A stretch of 64,000 nt of DNA from the NCBI RefSeq assembly GCF_902652985.1, contig NC_047030.1, positions 6,882,001 to 6,946,000 on the forward strand. The letters are read 5' to 3'. Under the pieces are notes generated by a model. It had not been told where the DNA came from, ran no database searches, and saw nothing but the letters and a program-made list of their open reading frames with translations. This stretch comes from Pecten maximus (taxonomy: Eukaryota). Shown here one piece after another: positions 14,445 through 27,409 of this stretch; the first letter of the stretch is position 1; each line of letters starts with the position of its first letter. A program made the position numbers and the translations under genes.

Positions 14445-14610
14445 ATTTACCATTGTATGGCAATGCCACTATATAAACCTACCAATTCAGTTGCGAGTTC
14501 ACCAGCTTATGAACTGCCAACTGAAATTTGAATTTGAAAATTTCAAAAAGAAATCGCACGACAAATAAAAAATAGCAGATGGTAAATATAAGCATTGAAC
14601 GGCTTTCAAT
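14445..14610 (-). mobile_element. Hairpin-ended element, subfamily B, truncated copy (B1)
   Basis: Inverted copy, with an internal deletion, of ~27945-28140. Starts atttaccat; inner complement atggtaaat at 14579-14587 is followed by the start of the hairpin arm, which is cut off by element A1. Confidence 0.75.
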
Positions 14611-16367
14611 TAAGGATTGAATAATGTTATGTTGAGGTGTATGGGGGTATAAACCTCAATAGGTCTTGAGACAAATTTATTATGAACTGCTTCGGTTTAT
14701 ACCCCCATACACCTCAACATAACTTTATTCAATCCTTATATTTATATTTTTTGATATTTTGTACAATATTTTGTCTTTGACAAATAGGGACTTGTGCAAG
14801 TCTACCACAGAACTTACCGAAATGTACGTCATCACTCTTCGTCTACATATGGTTAATACTTTTAGGATTTCTTTCGTGAACAAACTTAATAGCGAATTAA
14901 AACAAATATTAGTTTTAAAGGAATTTATTTCATATAAATATGATCACTTTTGAAAAGGAATTAAAAAAATATAGTCCAAGCTCAACAAATGTATTCCTAC
15001 GCCGGACTTGATATAGTTCATTGAAAAATATTTACATTTTCACTTCGCTCCGCCTCAATTAACATAGTAAACTCAGATCAATTCATTTCCCGTTGAAGAT
15101 TTTGGGTCGCGTGCTTCTGTTCTGAGGGACGAATCACTTTCTTGCCGGCGCGTGAATACATTCACTGAGTTTACAATGGCGATCGAGTTCTGTACCGCCT
15201 CAGACTTGAATGCACTTTCACTTTGTGAATTGTGTAACATTGTTATAAACGTATATGAACACAAGTGGAATAGCCGCTTTATGTGCTAATAAAAATGCCA
15301 GTATAATGCAGACAATTTAGAAAACAGGATCTGACAGAACACTGACACTCTCGATAGCACCGAGCTCATGACCTACGTAGCGCAGTAGGTCTAACGTTAG
15401 CTGTATCTCGAATGCCATGCTTAATACCATTTCAGTGGTCACAGAAAATAAAGCTCAATTTAAACACTATTTAACAACACAAAACGTAGCAGAAGTATGC
15501 TATATCGAGCACAGGGACACATTATTGTCGTAATTTGACTCAATCTAAACATGGAGGACACAAGTTTCCGGCCGTCGAATACCGCCAATTTTCAAATCAA
15601 TGTTTCTTTACTTACTATTATCAGAATTTACATCCCAAAAAGCCAGTGCGACAATGAAATCCAATATTTCAAGAACACCATGTATATCACCAGCTAACCT
15701 GCGACTAAAATCCACATTGTTACACTTTTTCTCGAGCTCTGAATATCCCAGCAATTAGACTGCATCACATCATTTTTTTAACCGAGTCCCTGTGTCTCGA
15801 GTGACCAAATCACACACATACTATACCCTCAACACTGCACTTAAAATTCGTATCTATATGGGTATTGCTAAGTTTTTATTATACAATATCATAAATATTT
15901 GTTATAAATGAATATTTTACCTTGAAAATATCGTATCTATGTGCATCAACATCGTTAATAATCAAAACGTGTATGGCACTATATTTTGTGTTGCCTTGGC
16001 GACGAGAATATTTGACTGTCTGCTGTTCCACTACTGTGCACACATGTACGATAAGTATAACAATGTTACAAAGTGACGCACTTACGTCACACTGTTGCGA
16101 CCGAATTTTGCAATCTGGTGACGAAGTTTTAAATTTGGTTAACGTAAATAATAGGATTGATTGTCAATTTTGTTGCTTGCATGGACTGATGAAGGGAAGT
16201 GAACCTCGTGCAAATGGTACATGAACTGCTTCGCAGTTCACTTCATTTGCACGAGGTTCACTTCCATTCATCAGTCAATGCAAGCAACAAAATTGACAAT
16301 CAATCCTTAAATGACTCGAGTTAACTGTGGTAGGTTCATTGAGTCTGAATTGAGTGGAAATATAAAT
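14611..16367 (+). mobile_element. Hairpin-ended element, subfamily A (A1; ~475 bp of its own sequence), interrupted by element D
   Basis: 45-bp hairpin arms at 14611-14655 and 14694-14738, then atttatattt, whose complement aaatataaat is the far terminus (16358-16367). Body nearly identical to 27410-27803 plus 28144-28205. Confidence 0.8.
15030..16309 (-). mobile_element. Hairpin-ended element, subfamily D (1280 bp), nested in A1
   Basis: Starts atttacatt and ends in a ~158-bp hairpin (16152-16309) preceded by aacgtaaat. Flanked by AAT/AAT (15027-29, 16310-12). The empty site attgaaaaatgactcgag is present in copy A2 at 28141. Confidence 0.8.
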
Positions 16368-17231
16368 ATTGCTTGACATCACTAAAAGAATACAATGACG
16401 TCAGGTAGATAATTCTTTATTATGACGGCATATCGCGTGTCAGATGTCTTTTCCTACCCCGGTAAAGACAGATTTTCCACAGCAACCTTTTTATCACCCT
16501 GTGGAGAGAAAGTTGCCTTTCCCAAATTTAACCAGGGGACAGCTCGCTTGAACATTTAACGTCGCAACTCACAATATGATGACGTCATCGCTTTTTGCCG
16601 TCTAACCATATCACATTCACATAGCATCAACAGTTTAACCATATATTCTATCCATTGATACACCCCGATGTATTTGGTTCAGTGTTACATATTGCGGTAT
16701 CTAAAGACAGAAAAGCATAGGAGAAAAACAATCAACCACCTCTGTGTCCGGATAAGATTTTAAAAACTAAGCACTTGTCAAAGTCTCGTCCTTAACTGTA
16801 CACATCTTATCCTCGGGTTCGGACACCACTGACAGCATCACACAGTGATGAGAGAGACTCTATTACATTTTTTTGTGCGGTAAATTATCAGTAAGCTGCT
16901 TTGGTGTACATAATTTTACATTCGTCCACCAGAAGGTTACATGTATGTCAAGGAAAGATTCCAAGGGTTTTCGAACCGCACATCCTTCTTTATAAATGTC
17001 GTCAAGTATGCAGGAGCTCGACCGCCCAACAATCTAGCGTGCCAATTCTTTTTTTGAAAAAGTCCAGGAGACGTTATTGGTAGCAGTTGGTAGCAGATAT
17101 AGATTTTCTAAGCTTAACGCTTTGGTGACGTACCGTTTATATGTTTGAGGCTTATACCGAGCAAGCCTTGTTTCTTTCGTCATTTGTATTTGAGCGTTGA
17201 TTCTTTGATAAATAAATAATGGTATCATCCG

Positions 17232-19620
17232 CACTAGTTTGTGTCGGTCTGGAGGTTAACGATACTCGTAATGTCTGTCTGAATTTATCACCAGTTTGTG
17301 TTGGTCTGGAGGTTAACGATACCCGTAATGTCTGTCTGAATTTATCACTAGTTTGTGTCGGTCTGGAGGTTAACGATACCCGTAATGTCTGTCTGAATTT
17401 ATCACTAGTTTGTGTTGGTCTGGAGGTTAACGATACCCGTAATGTCTGTCTGAATTTATCACTAGTTTGTGTTGGTCTGGAGGTTAACGATACCCGTAAT
17501 GTCTGTCTGAATTTATCATTAGTTTGTGTCGGTCTGGAGGTTAACGATACCCGTAATGTCTGTCTGAATTGATCACTAGTTTGTGTTGGTCTGGAGGTTA
17601 ACGATACCCGTAATGTCTGTCTGAATTTATCACTTGTTTGTGTTGTTCTGGAGGTTAACGATACCCGTAATGTCTGTCTGAATTTATCACTAGTTTGTGT
17701 TGGTCTGGAGGTTAACGATACCCGTAATGTCTGTCTGAATTGATCACTAGTTTGTGTTGGTCTGGAGGTTAACGATACCCGTAATGTCTGTCTGAATTTA
17801 TCACTAGTTTGTGTTGGTCTGGAGGTTAACGATACCCGTAATGTCTGTCTGAATTTATCACCAGTTTGTGTTGGTCTGGAGGTTCACGATACCCGTAATG
17901 TCTGTCTGAATTTATCACTAGTTTGTGTTGGTCTGGAGGTTAACGATACCCGTAATGTCTGTCTGGAGGTTAACGATACCCGTAATGTCTGTCTGAATTG
18001 ATCACTAGTTTGTGTTGGTCTGGAGGTTAACGATACCCGTAATGTCTGTCTGAATTTATCACCAGTTTGTGTCGGTCTGGAGGTTAACGATACCCGTAAT
18101 GTCTGTCTGAATTTATCACTAGTTTGTGTTGGTCTGGAGGTTAACGATACCCGTAATGTCTGTCTGAATTTATCACTTGTTTGTGTTGTTCTGGAGGTTA
18201 ACGATACCCGTAATGTCTGTCTGAATTTATCACTAGTTTGTGTTGGTCTGGAGGAGGTTAACGATACCCGTAATGTCTGTCTGGAGGTCAACGATACCCG
18301 TAATGTCTGTCTGAATTTATCACTAGTTTGTGTCGGTCTAGAGGTTAACGATACCTGTAATGTCTGTCTGAATTTATCACTAGTTTGTGTTGGTCTGGAG
18401 GAGGTCAACGATACCCGTAATGTCTGTCTGAATTGATCACTAGTTTGTGTCGGTCTGGAGGTCAACGATACCCGTAATGTCTGTTTGAATTGATCACTAG
18501 TTTGTGTCGGTCTGGAGGTTAATGATACCCGTAATGTCTGTCTGAATTTATCACTAGTTTGTGTTGGTCTGGAGGTTAACGATACCCGTAATGTCTGTCT
18601 GAATTTATCACTAGTTTGTGTTGGTCTGGTGGTTAACGATACCCGTAATGTCTGTCTGAATTTATCATTAGTTTGTGTTGGTCTGGAGGTTAACGATACC
18701 CGTAATGTCTGTCTGAATTTATCACTAGTTTGTGTTGGTCTGGAGGTTAACGATACCCGTAATGTCTGTCTGAATTGATCACTAGTTTGTGTTGGTCTGG
18801 AGGAGGTCAACGATACCCGTAATGTCTGTCTGAATTGATCACTAGTTTGTGTCGGTCTGGAGGTTAACGATACCCGTAATGTCTGTCTGAATTTATCACT
18901 AGTTTGTGTTGGTCTGGAGGTTAACGATACCCGTAATGTCTGTCTGAATTGATCACTAGTTTGTGTCGGTCTGGAGGTTAATGATACCCGTAATGTCTGT
19001 CTGAATTTATCACTAGTTTGTGTTGGTCTGGAGGTTAACGATACCCGTAATGTCTGTCTGGAGGTCAACGATACCCGTAATGTCTGTCTGAATTGATCAC
19101 TAGTTTGTGTCGGTCTGGAGGTCAACGATACCCGTAATGTCTGTCTGAATTGATCACTAGTTTGTGTCGGTCTGGAGGTTAATGATACCCGTAATGTCTG
19201 TCTGAATTTATCACTAGTTTGTGTTGGTCTGGAGGTTTACGATACCCGTAATGTCTGTCTGAATTGATCACTAGTTTGTGTCGGTCTGGAGGTTAACGAT
19301 ACCCGTAATGTCTGTCTGAATTTATCACTAGTTTGTGTTGGTCTGGAGGTTAGTGATACCCGTAATGTCTGTCTGAATTTATCACTAGTTTGTGTTGGTC
19401 TGGAGGAGGTCAACGATACCCGTAATGCCTGTCTGAATTGATCACCAGTTTGTGTTGGTCTGGAGGTTAACGATACCCGTAATGTCTGTCTGAATTGATC
19501 ACTAGTTTGTGTCGGTCTGGAGGTTTACGATACCCGTAATGTCTGTCTGAATTGATTACTAGTTTGTGTTGGTCTGGAGGAGGTCAACGATACCGTAATG
19601 TTTGTCTGAATTTATCACTT
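17232..19620. repeat. Minisatellite, 57-bp unit (cactagtttgtgttggtctggaggttaacgatacccgtaatgtctgtctgaatttat), ~42 copies
   Basis: Tandem array with occasional half-units and GGA insertions; source of the spurious ORFs at 17219 and 17884. Confidence 0.95.
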
Positions 19621-20522
19621 GCTGATGTTAATTCTATTGCCTTTTTGTCACAAGAAATCGGAGTAGATCAAAATATTTGATATGCAAGTAAAATGCCACA
19701 GAATGCCAACCATCAATGAGCTACCGGAGTACCTGCCCACTGTAGTCCAGTTCTACGACAGGTGTACATTCGATAGATACCCGGGGTCTTAGTAAAAAGT
19801 GCATATCCAAAACCCGATATTTTAAAGTGTTTTATGGTAAAAGCTATCAAGCACGGATCAGAGTAAGAAAATTACGGGTATAGATTTACATTGAAATCAA
19901 TTAATTTTCGTACTTTTTTCCAACTTATTGGGCAGAATAACGATATAATTATATGCATAACAAAAGGACAAAGATATCCACTCTAACGTGTTCCATCACA
20001 CACGCTACACACTCATCCTCGATAGGCCTACCATCATCTTATAGAAACATTTCTCACGTAATAATTAGCTCGGCAAAACAAAATAATAATCCATTTTAAA
20101 CACACTTCGATGCAAAAACTGTCTTCCTTGTATTTGATACAACTAGGCAGAGTTTATAAAAAGCATTGCTATAAATTCTAATTAAGATGTGATAACAGTT
20201 TAGATCAGACGCCATAGACCTTCATCCGATGTCAGAATGAAATTCTGTCTACCTTCATCAAGATGCATGGCCCTCGTCAACTTCAGCCTCCCTCTTACGA
20301 CTGACAATACACGTATTTCTCTCTATCTACACCCTCTAATAAAGAGATGATATTTAACTGTCGACTCGATTATGGCCTGGCAAACGAGCACAGACCGACG
20401 ATAGGAAATGGTCCTGATATGCTTCCCTTGGACGATCGATGTTACCGTCCCAACTGTCATGGCGGACTACAAAATGTAACTGTATCCAAGACTTCCTGAG
20501 AAGTGTCGGATTGGTCATGTCG

Positions 20523-20648
20523 AATTTGAGAAACAAGTTTTATTGGGTATATTATTTATACGATAAATTGAGAAACAAGTTTTATTGGTTATATTATTTA
20601 TACGATAATTTGAGAAACAAGTTTTATTGCGTATATTATTTATACGAT
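20523..20648. repeat. Three tandem copies of a 42-bp unit (aatttgagaaacaagttttattgggtatattatttatacgat)
   Basis: Direct reading. Confidence 0.85.
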
Positions 20649-23600
20649 TACCTGACTCATTGTATACCATCGTTAACAGAAATGTTCACTTCCGGCTGTA
20701 CAGATTTCCTTGGCAACCGACACAACCATGTTATACTGTTCATGTATAATTACCGGAAGTTGTACAGCTTAGTTGTATCATTTCTGTTCATAGATGGAAA
20801 CCTTGGCATTGTGGGGAATTAGCTAGAATTTGGGAAGGACCACGCCATTTTAACAAATTGTTAAAAAGTCATACACAATAACTGTGTTAATAAACTGATT
20901 TATAAACACGTGAATCACAGACAATTTATGAAGTAATGTTCCACTACATATTTGCCGAAACTTAAGAATTTCGACAATAATCAAAAAAATAATCAGTTTT
21001 AAAATTGATGGCTTTATTTCTAAGCTGCCACATAATTTTATTCGAATTTTGAATGTCATTACTTAGTTTTAGTTATGACAGAATCGGTTTCATCATTATA
21101 AGAACGGATCTTTAAAATATCCTACCAAAATAACATAATTTGATTAAGTTGGAAACATTAATTTGATTATCTACTGTTCTTCCTGTTCATAGCTTAATGT
21201 CCCATACTTACCGTGATATTAAATTATCGCGTTATAATCAGTTGATAGGTAGCTTGGTGAAATCTACTTAGATGTACATCATGAGTCACGCGATGGAACG
21301 TCATAAACATTGATATTAGTTTATGTTATTGACGTATATCAGGAAAAGATTCAAATTAAACTTATAGATGGTTTCATATTGGGGATTTAGGAATGTACCA
21401 AAATACCAAGGCCCTGCCCAGTTCCGAGTATCTGAGTGATACATTGAAAAGGAGCACGCACTGATCAAACGACCCAACTAGTGTACATTGTTCAGTTTTA
21501 ACCATTTATGATACCATCTGATATCAAGTGTATTGTATGGAATGTGCTTCTAAAACTTTCATTTTATTTACACCTAACGAGGTTCATCAAAACAAATTGA
21601 TGTGCAAGAATAGCAGGGGAAACTAATTAACTCCCAGTGACGTCAAATATCAAGTCATTTCGTTTATCGACTCATATTTTCAAAATAATTTCATAGATCG
21701 ACTTATCACTTAAGACAATGTCAAAACGGTTTTATCTTTACAATGAGCTACATGTATGACTGATATTTGTTATAAGACGTTGACTCGTGTGGTACAGAAA
21801 TGGTATACCTACTATATAGGTCTATCGTACCTGATATGGCGAAATCGGGAGAGATCTTAATTGTAAGACTGTAATACGCTATCGTATCATATGTTCGTAT
21901 TTAGGTACATAATGTAACTGTAGATTTTTTATTTCAGTAATTTCATTTCTGTTCAAAATCGGAAATAATTCCAATTCTGTGTTTGAATATAATGGGGTAT
22001 CCCGGGTGATTCACTATAGACGTTCTCATTTTGACATACTAACATGTTAGTTCAATATGGAACTTTATGAAACATATTACAATAATGGTGTTTTGGCGCA
22101 CCTTCACTAGTTGCTGCAGAAAACAATGTCAAAACACGAAGATATTTCCGGATTTAAAACATTCCGTCAGATTTCAAATCACATTAATCTGTCACAATCG
22201 GAACCCCTCGCCATTCTCTACGTAGCTATATACATGTATAGGTGAGGTGTTCCTCCGACTGCGAAACTACGCAAACTCTCCTAGAGTGCATGTGCGGTTC
22301 ACTTCATAACACAGTTGCCAACTCGCTATTTAGATTATATACTAGATCTATTATTGATTTCGAACTCGCATAATTAACGTAACCATCCAGTTAATTGGAC
22401 AACAAATAACATGTTCTCTTCGTTAAAAGTGTAATTATGTTCCGAATTCCTTTCTTGTACGATAGGTAAAGAGAAAGTAGTAGTTGCAGTTTGAATGAAA
22501 TGTAAACACAGTGTAAACATATGTGACTAATTACTCAGGAATACTCATCCGCAATATAATCCATACTACAAATAGATTTTTAAATGATGTGATTATTTTC
22601 TGAAGTAAATGTCACCAGAAGAAACTTCGAAATAAGAGTAACAAATTTATTACATACCACAAATACGTTTTTCAAGAATCTTGAAATTGCGTGAGCCGTT
22701 TACAGATGGAGATATTGCGTTGACAGACGAAGGCGAGGTACTCCGATTAATAAGTCAGTTTGGTGACCCTGTGAACTGAATCAGAGCCACCTTAATTACG
22801 AGTATTTCTCTCAGTGCGAAAATAAAACTACCGCTAAAATGCATATGTTTACAGTAGGCGAGGGGTCATGGTCTGTAAGACGCTTCGTTTACATTGATAC
22901 TTACTAGTAAAGTGGAAAAACAAAGTATATACAAGTTTTTTTTAAATGCATTTTAGAAGGAAATATTCCTGGCATTTTTATGAGTCACTAACGTATGTTG
23001 CTGAAATGAAGTACATTGTACATTTGTATGTAAAAGTAATTCCAATATCTTTAACTCAGCGTTCATGAGTAGTGTTAAATATCACAAGGCCTTGTACATG
23101 TATAATTTTTTTTTCCAATCAACGAAAAATATTTGAAGACGTGTTTCATCTTAATTTTCCAATACAGTGCAGGTAATAACACTCACGTGTTATGCATAAC
23201 GAACAGTAATTTGTATGATTAGGCAGCAGAACTCCATTTGCTTAAAAAAAGAGACTAAAGCGAAAATATTCGCTAGCTTCTAAAAACAGAAAATGTTTTT
23301 TAATTAACAAAATATGATCCATACCGATACGTTTTCAAATAGATAACTTTTTTGAGAGTGTAATCTGTCTCAGACAATTACAGTGATTACGGCGTGTTTC
23401 AGCACTAAGGTTTATAATGCTGGTTAAGTAGCAGTGCCGAATCACGTGTACAGTAAACATGGGCCAGGTCTGACTGGGAGACAGTCAGATGTGGTAACGG
23501 CAAGGGTTCGCACGGAAAACAATTACAGCAATCTTACAGTTCTCAGTGCCTGGATACTACACTGTTCTCGCGCTTGTGTGCACGTTTCAAACGGTACAAT

Positions 23601-24955
23601 TTCGTTATCATCCGTAAAATATTTCACGTGAAATGGTCTTAAATGACTTCGAGGTCCTCTTCAAAAGGAAAGAAGATGTTTCTCAATTTAAAAGGAAGTC
23701 GCACAGTTTTATAAGACTATAAATGGATATCATCCGAAAATATTAACGCAACTCACGTGTATATGCTCGTCACACACCGTGAAAACGTATTGACATCATG
23801 CCTAAATAAAGACGGTGTATTTTGACCCATCTTTTCATTAAAATCGACAGAAATAGTGGCAAGGAACAAACTGAATCAAACTGGATTTATGGATAAATGC
23901 ACAAGCATGTGGATCAAACTGGATTTATGGATGAACGCGCGTGCAATTGCGTAAGTGAACTTGAGCCAGAATCATATCTTTAAGCTGAATTTTATTTATG
24001 TTTTGTTAAATGAAAATGAAAGTGTTCAGTGATTTTACATGCAATTTTGTCAATTTTACAAGTTGAGAAAATTTGTAGGACCTCAGCGCTGAATATCTTG
24101 TTCGATTTGATTATGTTAAGAAATCAGTTTTAACCTGATTTGTGTGATTTGTTAAAACAGGAAGCAAAACTTCTACAGAATTATTTAATTTGCTTCAAGT
24201 AATTACGCTAAAGGAGTTGGCTAAAATGCGCAGTGGGTCTAATTTAAGCGTGCCTATCTAATAAACCGTACCAGGACGGAGAGTAAGGTTTCCGGAACTC
24301 CCTGCGGTAATATAAAATCAAGAAGGGAAGCAGTATACAAACTCCGGATGATAATCACGAGACCCGTTACAAGATAGTTTACCATGGGGCCAGAGCTAAC
24401 GTGATAATACTAGGGTTACACAATTACTGCCGGTAACACTATCACACCTAGATCGCGGCAGGGTCGGCACATATCTGTTCTATCAGAGAGCGACACAGAA
24501 ATCGATTAGCTTTAGGTAGACAGCGGAAATACAGTTTTAACACGGCCAGTGTCAAACGCTGGAGAATTGGCCTGACATTTCATCTATTGCGAATAGAGTA
24601 GAGCAATCGGTCTCTGTGAATATATAGGTACTGCTGTGAGGAGCTGACGTATTCAATGACTCCTCTAAGATTTATTTGTGATGGCCAAACAGACTTTCTC
24701 GGTATACCGTCAAGGTGCCATTTCTCATTTTTTCGTCTTCCGTAATTTAAAGATACATACGGATTTCGTTAATTATGAAGACAAGTTTCTTTTAAAACGC
24801 CGTAGTTTCTCATCGGTTAAACCGGATTCTGTGGAGAACTGTTTCCCCAAAAGACCTAATTAGTTATATAGACACAGTCAAAAGGGTATCCACACACGAC
24901 ATTTAAAGGTCAATAACTGAACCTGTGTTAGATTTTAGAAGAGACAGTTAAAAGA

Positions 24956-26207
24956 ATGGCGGATCTTTTTAACACGACAATTTTATCAAAGAATGAGACA
25001 GATTCTGGATTTTATCCGAAAAGTACTTTGGAACACTTTAGTGCCTGGTATGGCGGTATTCATGGCTACCTAAGTTTGATTGTCTGTTTTTTTGGAATTC
25101 CTACTAATTTCATCAACATTACAGTTTTGACCCGGAAACACATGGAGACTCCGATCAACCTCGTTTTGACATGGATGGCGGTATCCGATCTTCTGACCAT
25201 GGCTTCATATGTTCCATTTGCGATCCATTTCTACTGTGACTACCCGTCAAATTCCATCTCTCCGGACAAAAATAGCATTGCCTGGATGACATATCTCTTA
25301 TTTCACGTGAATTTCTCTGCCACCGACGCATACCATCTCCATTTGGCTGGGTGTTTCCCTGGCTATTTTTAGATACCACCATATTCAATCACCGGAAACG
25401 GGGAATTTCGCTAGGATGAGGCGCTTGATTAAATCTCGAATTGTTATTTTCGGAATTATCACCGGATCCGTGTTGCTTTTGATTCCTAACTACATGTCGA
25501 CAAATTTGGAATTACTCCGCGAAAATTCGTCGATGTATGTTTTGGAGGATTTAAAGCTGGGAACAGCTAATGTGAAACCAGTAGTTTTCTTAAATCTGTC
25601 TTTATACAGTGTGGTGGCCAAATTCATACCTTGCTTCCTCATGCTTGTATATGGTGCTTTATTGTTACGGACCCTCGATATGCAGGTGAGAATCAAACGG
25701 CGGAGACTGTCGAAACTTGGCGTCATTATTCAGCGCCCTTTACACACATCTCGTACAACAGTGATGCTTCTGGCCGTTCTTGTCCTGTTTCTGCTCACAG
25801 AACTTCCTCAAGGTATCCTCATCGTCCTCAGTCTAATCCGCGCGGGATTCTTTGAAGACGTCTATATCCCTCTGGGTGACGTCATGGATATTTTGGCTCT
25901 AGTCAACAATGGTGTAAATTTCGTTCTGTATTGTTCCATGAATCGCGAATTCCGCAGAACACTGCTTCGGATGATGTGTACCATGTCTGCCGAAAGAAAG
26001 TCGTCACTCGGCACCGAATTAATAACAGACTCAATGCGAAAATGTTCGTTGTTGACAGATAGAAACGCATCAATCCGAAACGATTTCACGCACGAGGACG
26101 TTCAGACGTTCAACCTCAGATGTAACGATGGCAACTCGGTAATGTCCGTATCTGCTCAACGAACCGTGACTGAGGAAAAACACGCGGGGACATACCACAA
26201 CATTTGA
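24956..26207 (+). CDS. Intronless class A (rhodopsin-like) neuropeptide GPCR, myosuppressin receptor / DMSR-1 / sex-peptide-receptor-like; ~416 aa once a +1 frameshift at ~25325 is corrected
   Basis: ORF 24956-25372 gives N-terminal N-glycosylation sites (NTT, NET), TM1 (HGYLSLIVCFFGIPTNFINITVLTRKHM) and TM2 (PINLVLTWMAVSDLLTM). Removing G25325 continues it as FHVNFSATTHTISIWLGVSLAIFRY (TM3), in frame with ORF 25416-26207. That ORF has TM5 (AKFIPCFLM), TM6 (RTTVMLLAVLVLFLLTELPQG), TM7 and helix 8 (MDILALVNNGVNFVLYCSMNREFR). These motifs are characteristic of the myosuppressin/DMSR receptor family. Confidence 0.88.
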
Positions 26208-27030
26208 TAGTCCCGTGCTCGGCTGTGAACGCGCAGGAATACGGGATGTATAACACCAAATGTCTGTGAAATACATCCACACCTGAAATTATGACGTCAT
26301 CAGATCAAAAGCACAAACAAAAATCAGATTTAATCTGCATCGTTATGAGCTGTGATTGATTGCACCTAATGTATGAATCGAGATTTTAAAATGTAGCGAA
26401 AACTACTGATAAAGATGTGAACTACGCGAGCTCCATCTGTCATTTTCACCGGAAGTGTTTTGATTATCACCGGAAGTGTCTCAATATCACCGGAAGTGTT
26501 TTTGGCACTAAAAGTATAAATATCCGAATATTTTGATTATTCACCACATGTGAGTTTTGTCAATATTGACGCAAGTAGAAATATGCGAAAGTGTCCAATT
26601 ATTATGGAACTGAAAATGATTGATGTTCCTCTCGATCAACGAAATCTATGTGTCAAACAAATGGATTGGTAGTGACAGTGTCGAATGCCCTGCTTTCTGA
26701 TATTTTATAAATTGGAAATATTGTTGTTGTTAGTCGTTTTGTGTACCACATCTTTGATAAACTAGATTTAGAGATTAAAATCGATTCCATGCCACTCCAT
26801 GTACAAATGTAGTTTATTGTCAAATTATCGTCCTACCAATTGAATTATAGATTCAATCAGCTGCATGCAATGTTCATGGAACTGGAATATTGAAATGATT
26901 TCCAAAATATTTAACTTATTTGAGTGTTTTTTTAAAACAACATCGACGCTACACCGCCGACAGGGGCTACACTATTTGTCACAAAAATTCATGACAACAA
27001 CGGTATAAAAATTTAATTTACACCGACAGT

Positions 27031-27406
27031 TAAGCAATGAACTGCTTTCATTTGGAAGTTATGGGCTGATGAATGCCAACTGGACAAAGGCAAATTTAAT
27101 GAAGCGCGCTTCATGTTGAATTTGCCTTTGTCCAGTTGGCATTCATCAGCCCATATCTTCCAAATGAAAGCAGTTCAATGCTTAAATTTACATTTGACAA
27201 CGATTTTTGAAGACTATATCCAGGAATTTTGGTTATACGATGAATAAACAAATTATTATCGTCAAAGCCGGAACAGCCTTTTCAACAGCCATCTTTCGTT
27301 ATCGCCGACGTTACAATTATGACGTCACTATAATAATGACGTCATAATAAAGATTTGGAAGTTATGGACTCGTAACCTATAGTGGGGCTGCAGTGTAAAT
27401 GTAAAT
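27031..27406 (+). mobile_element. Hairpin-ended element, subfamily C (~376 bp)
   Basis: ~155-bp hairpin 27031-27184 (taagcaatgaac...gttcaatgctta), then atttacattt (27186-27195), whose exact complement aaatgtaaat is the far end (27397-27406). Hairpin apex region is shared with subfamily B. Confidence 0.78.
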
Positions 27407-27409
27407 ATT

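Noticed and set aside
14759-14953. Identical 64-aa ORF at 14759 and 27539
   Set aside because: Lies inside the two copies of non-coding element A, starts at TTG, and has no recognisable domain.
16400-16870. Possible further degenerate hairpin-ended element next to A1 (weak inverted match ggataagat / atcttatcc); similar hints at ~30340-30640 and ~640-670
   Set aside because: Too decayed to define termini or flanking repeats by eye.
17219-19125. 117-aa and 413-aa repeat ORFs on opposite strands
   Set aside because: Products of the 57-bp minisatellite.
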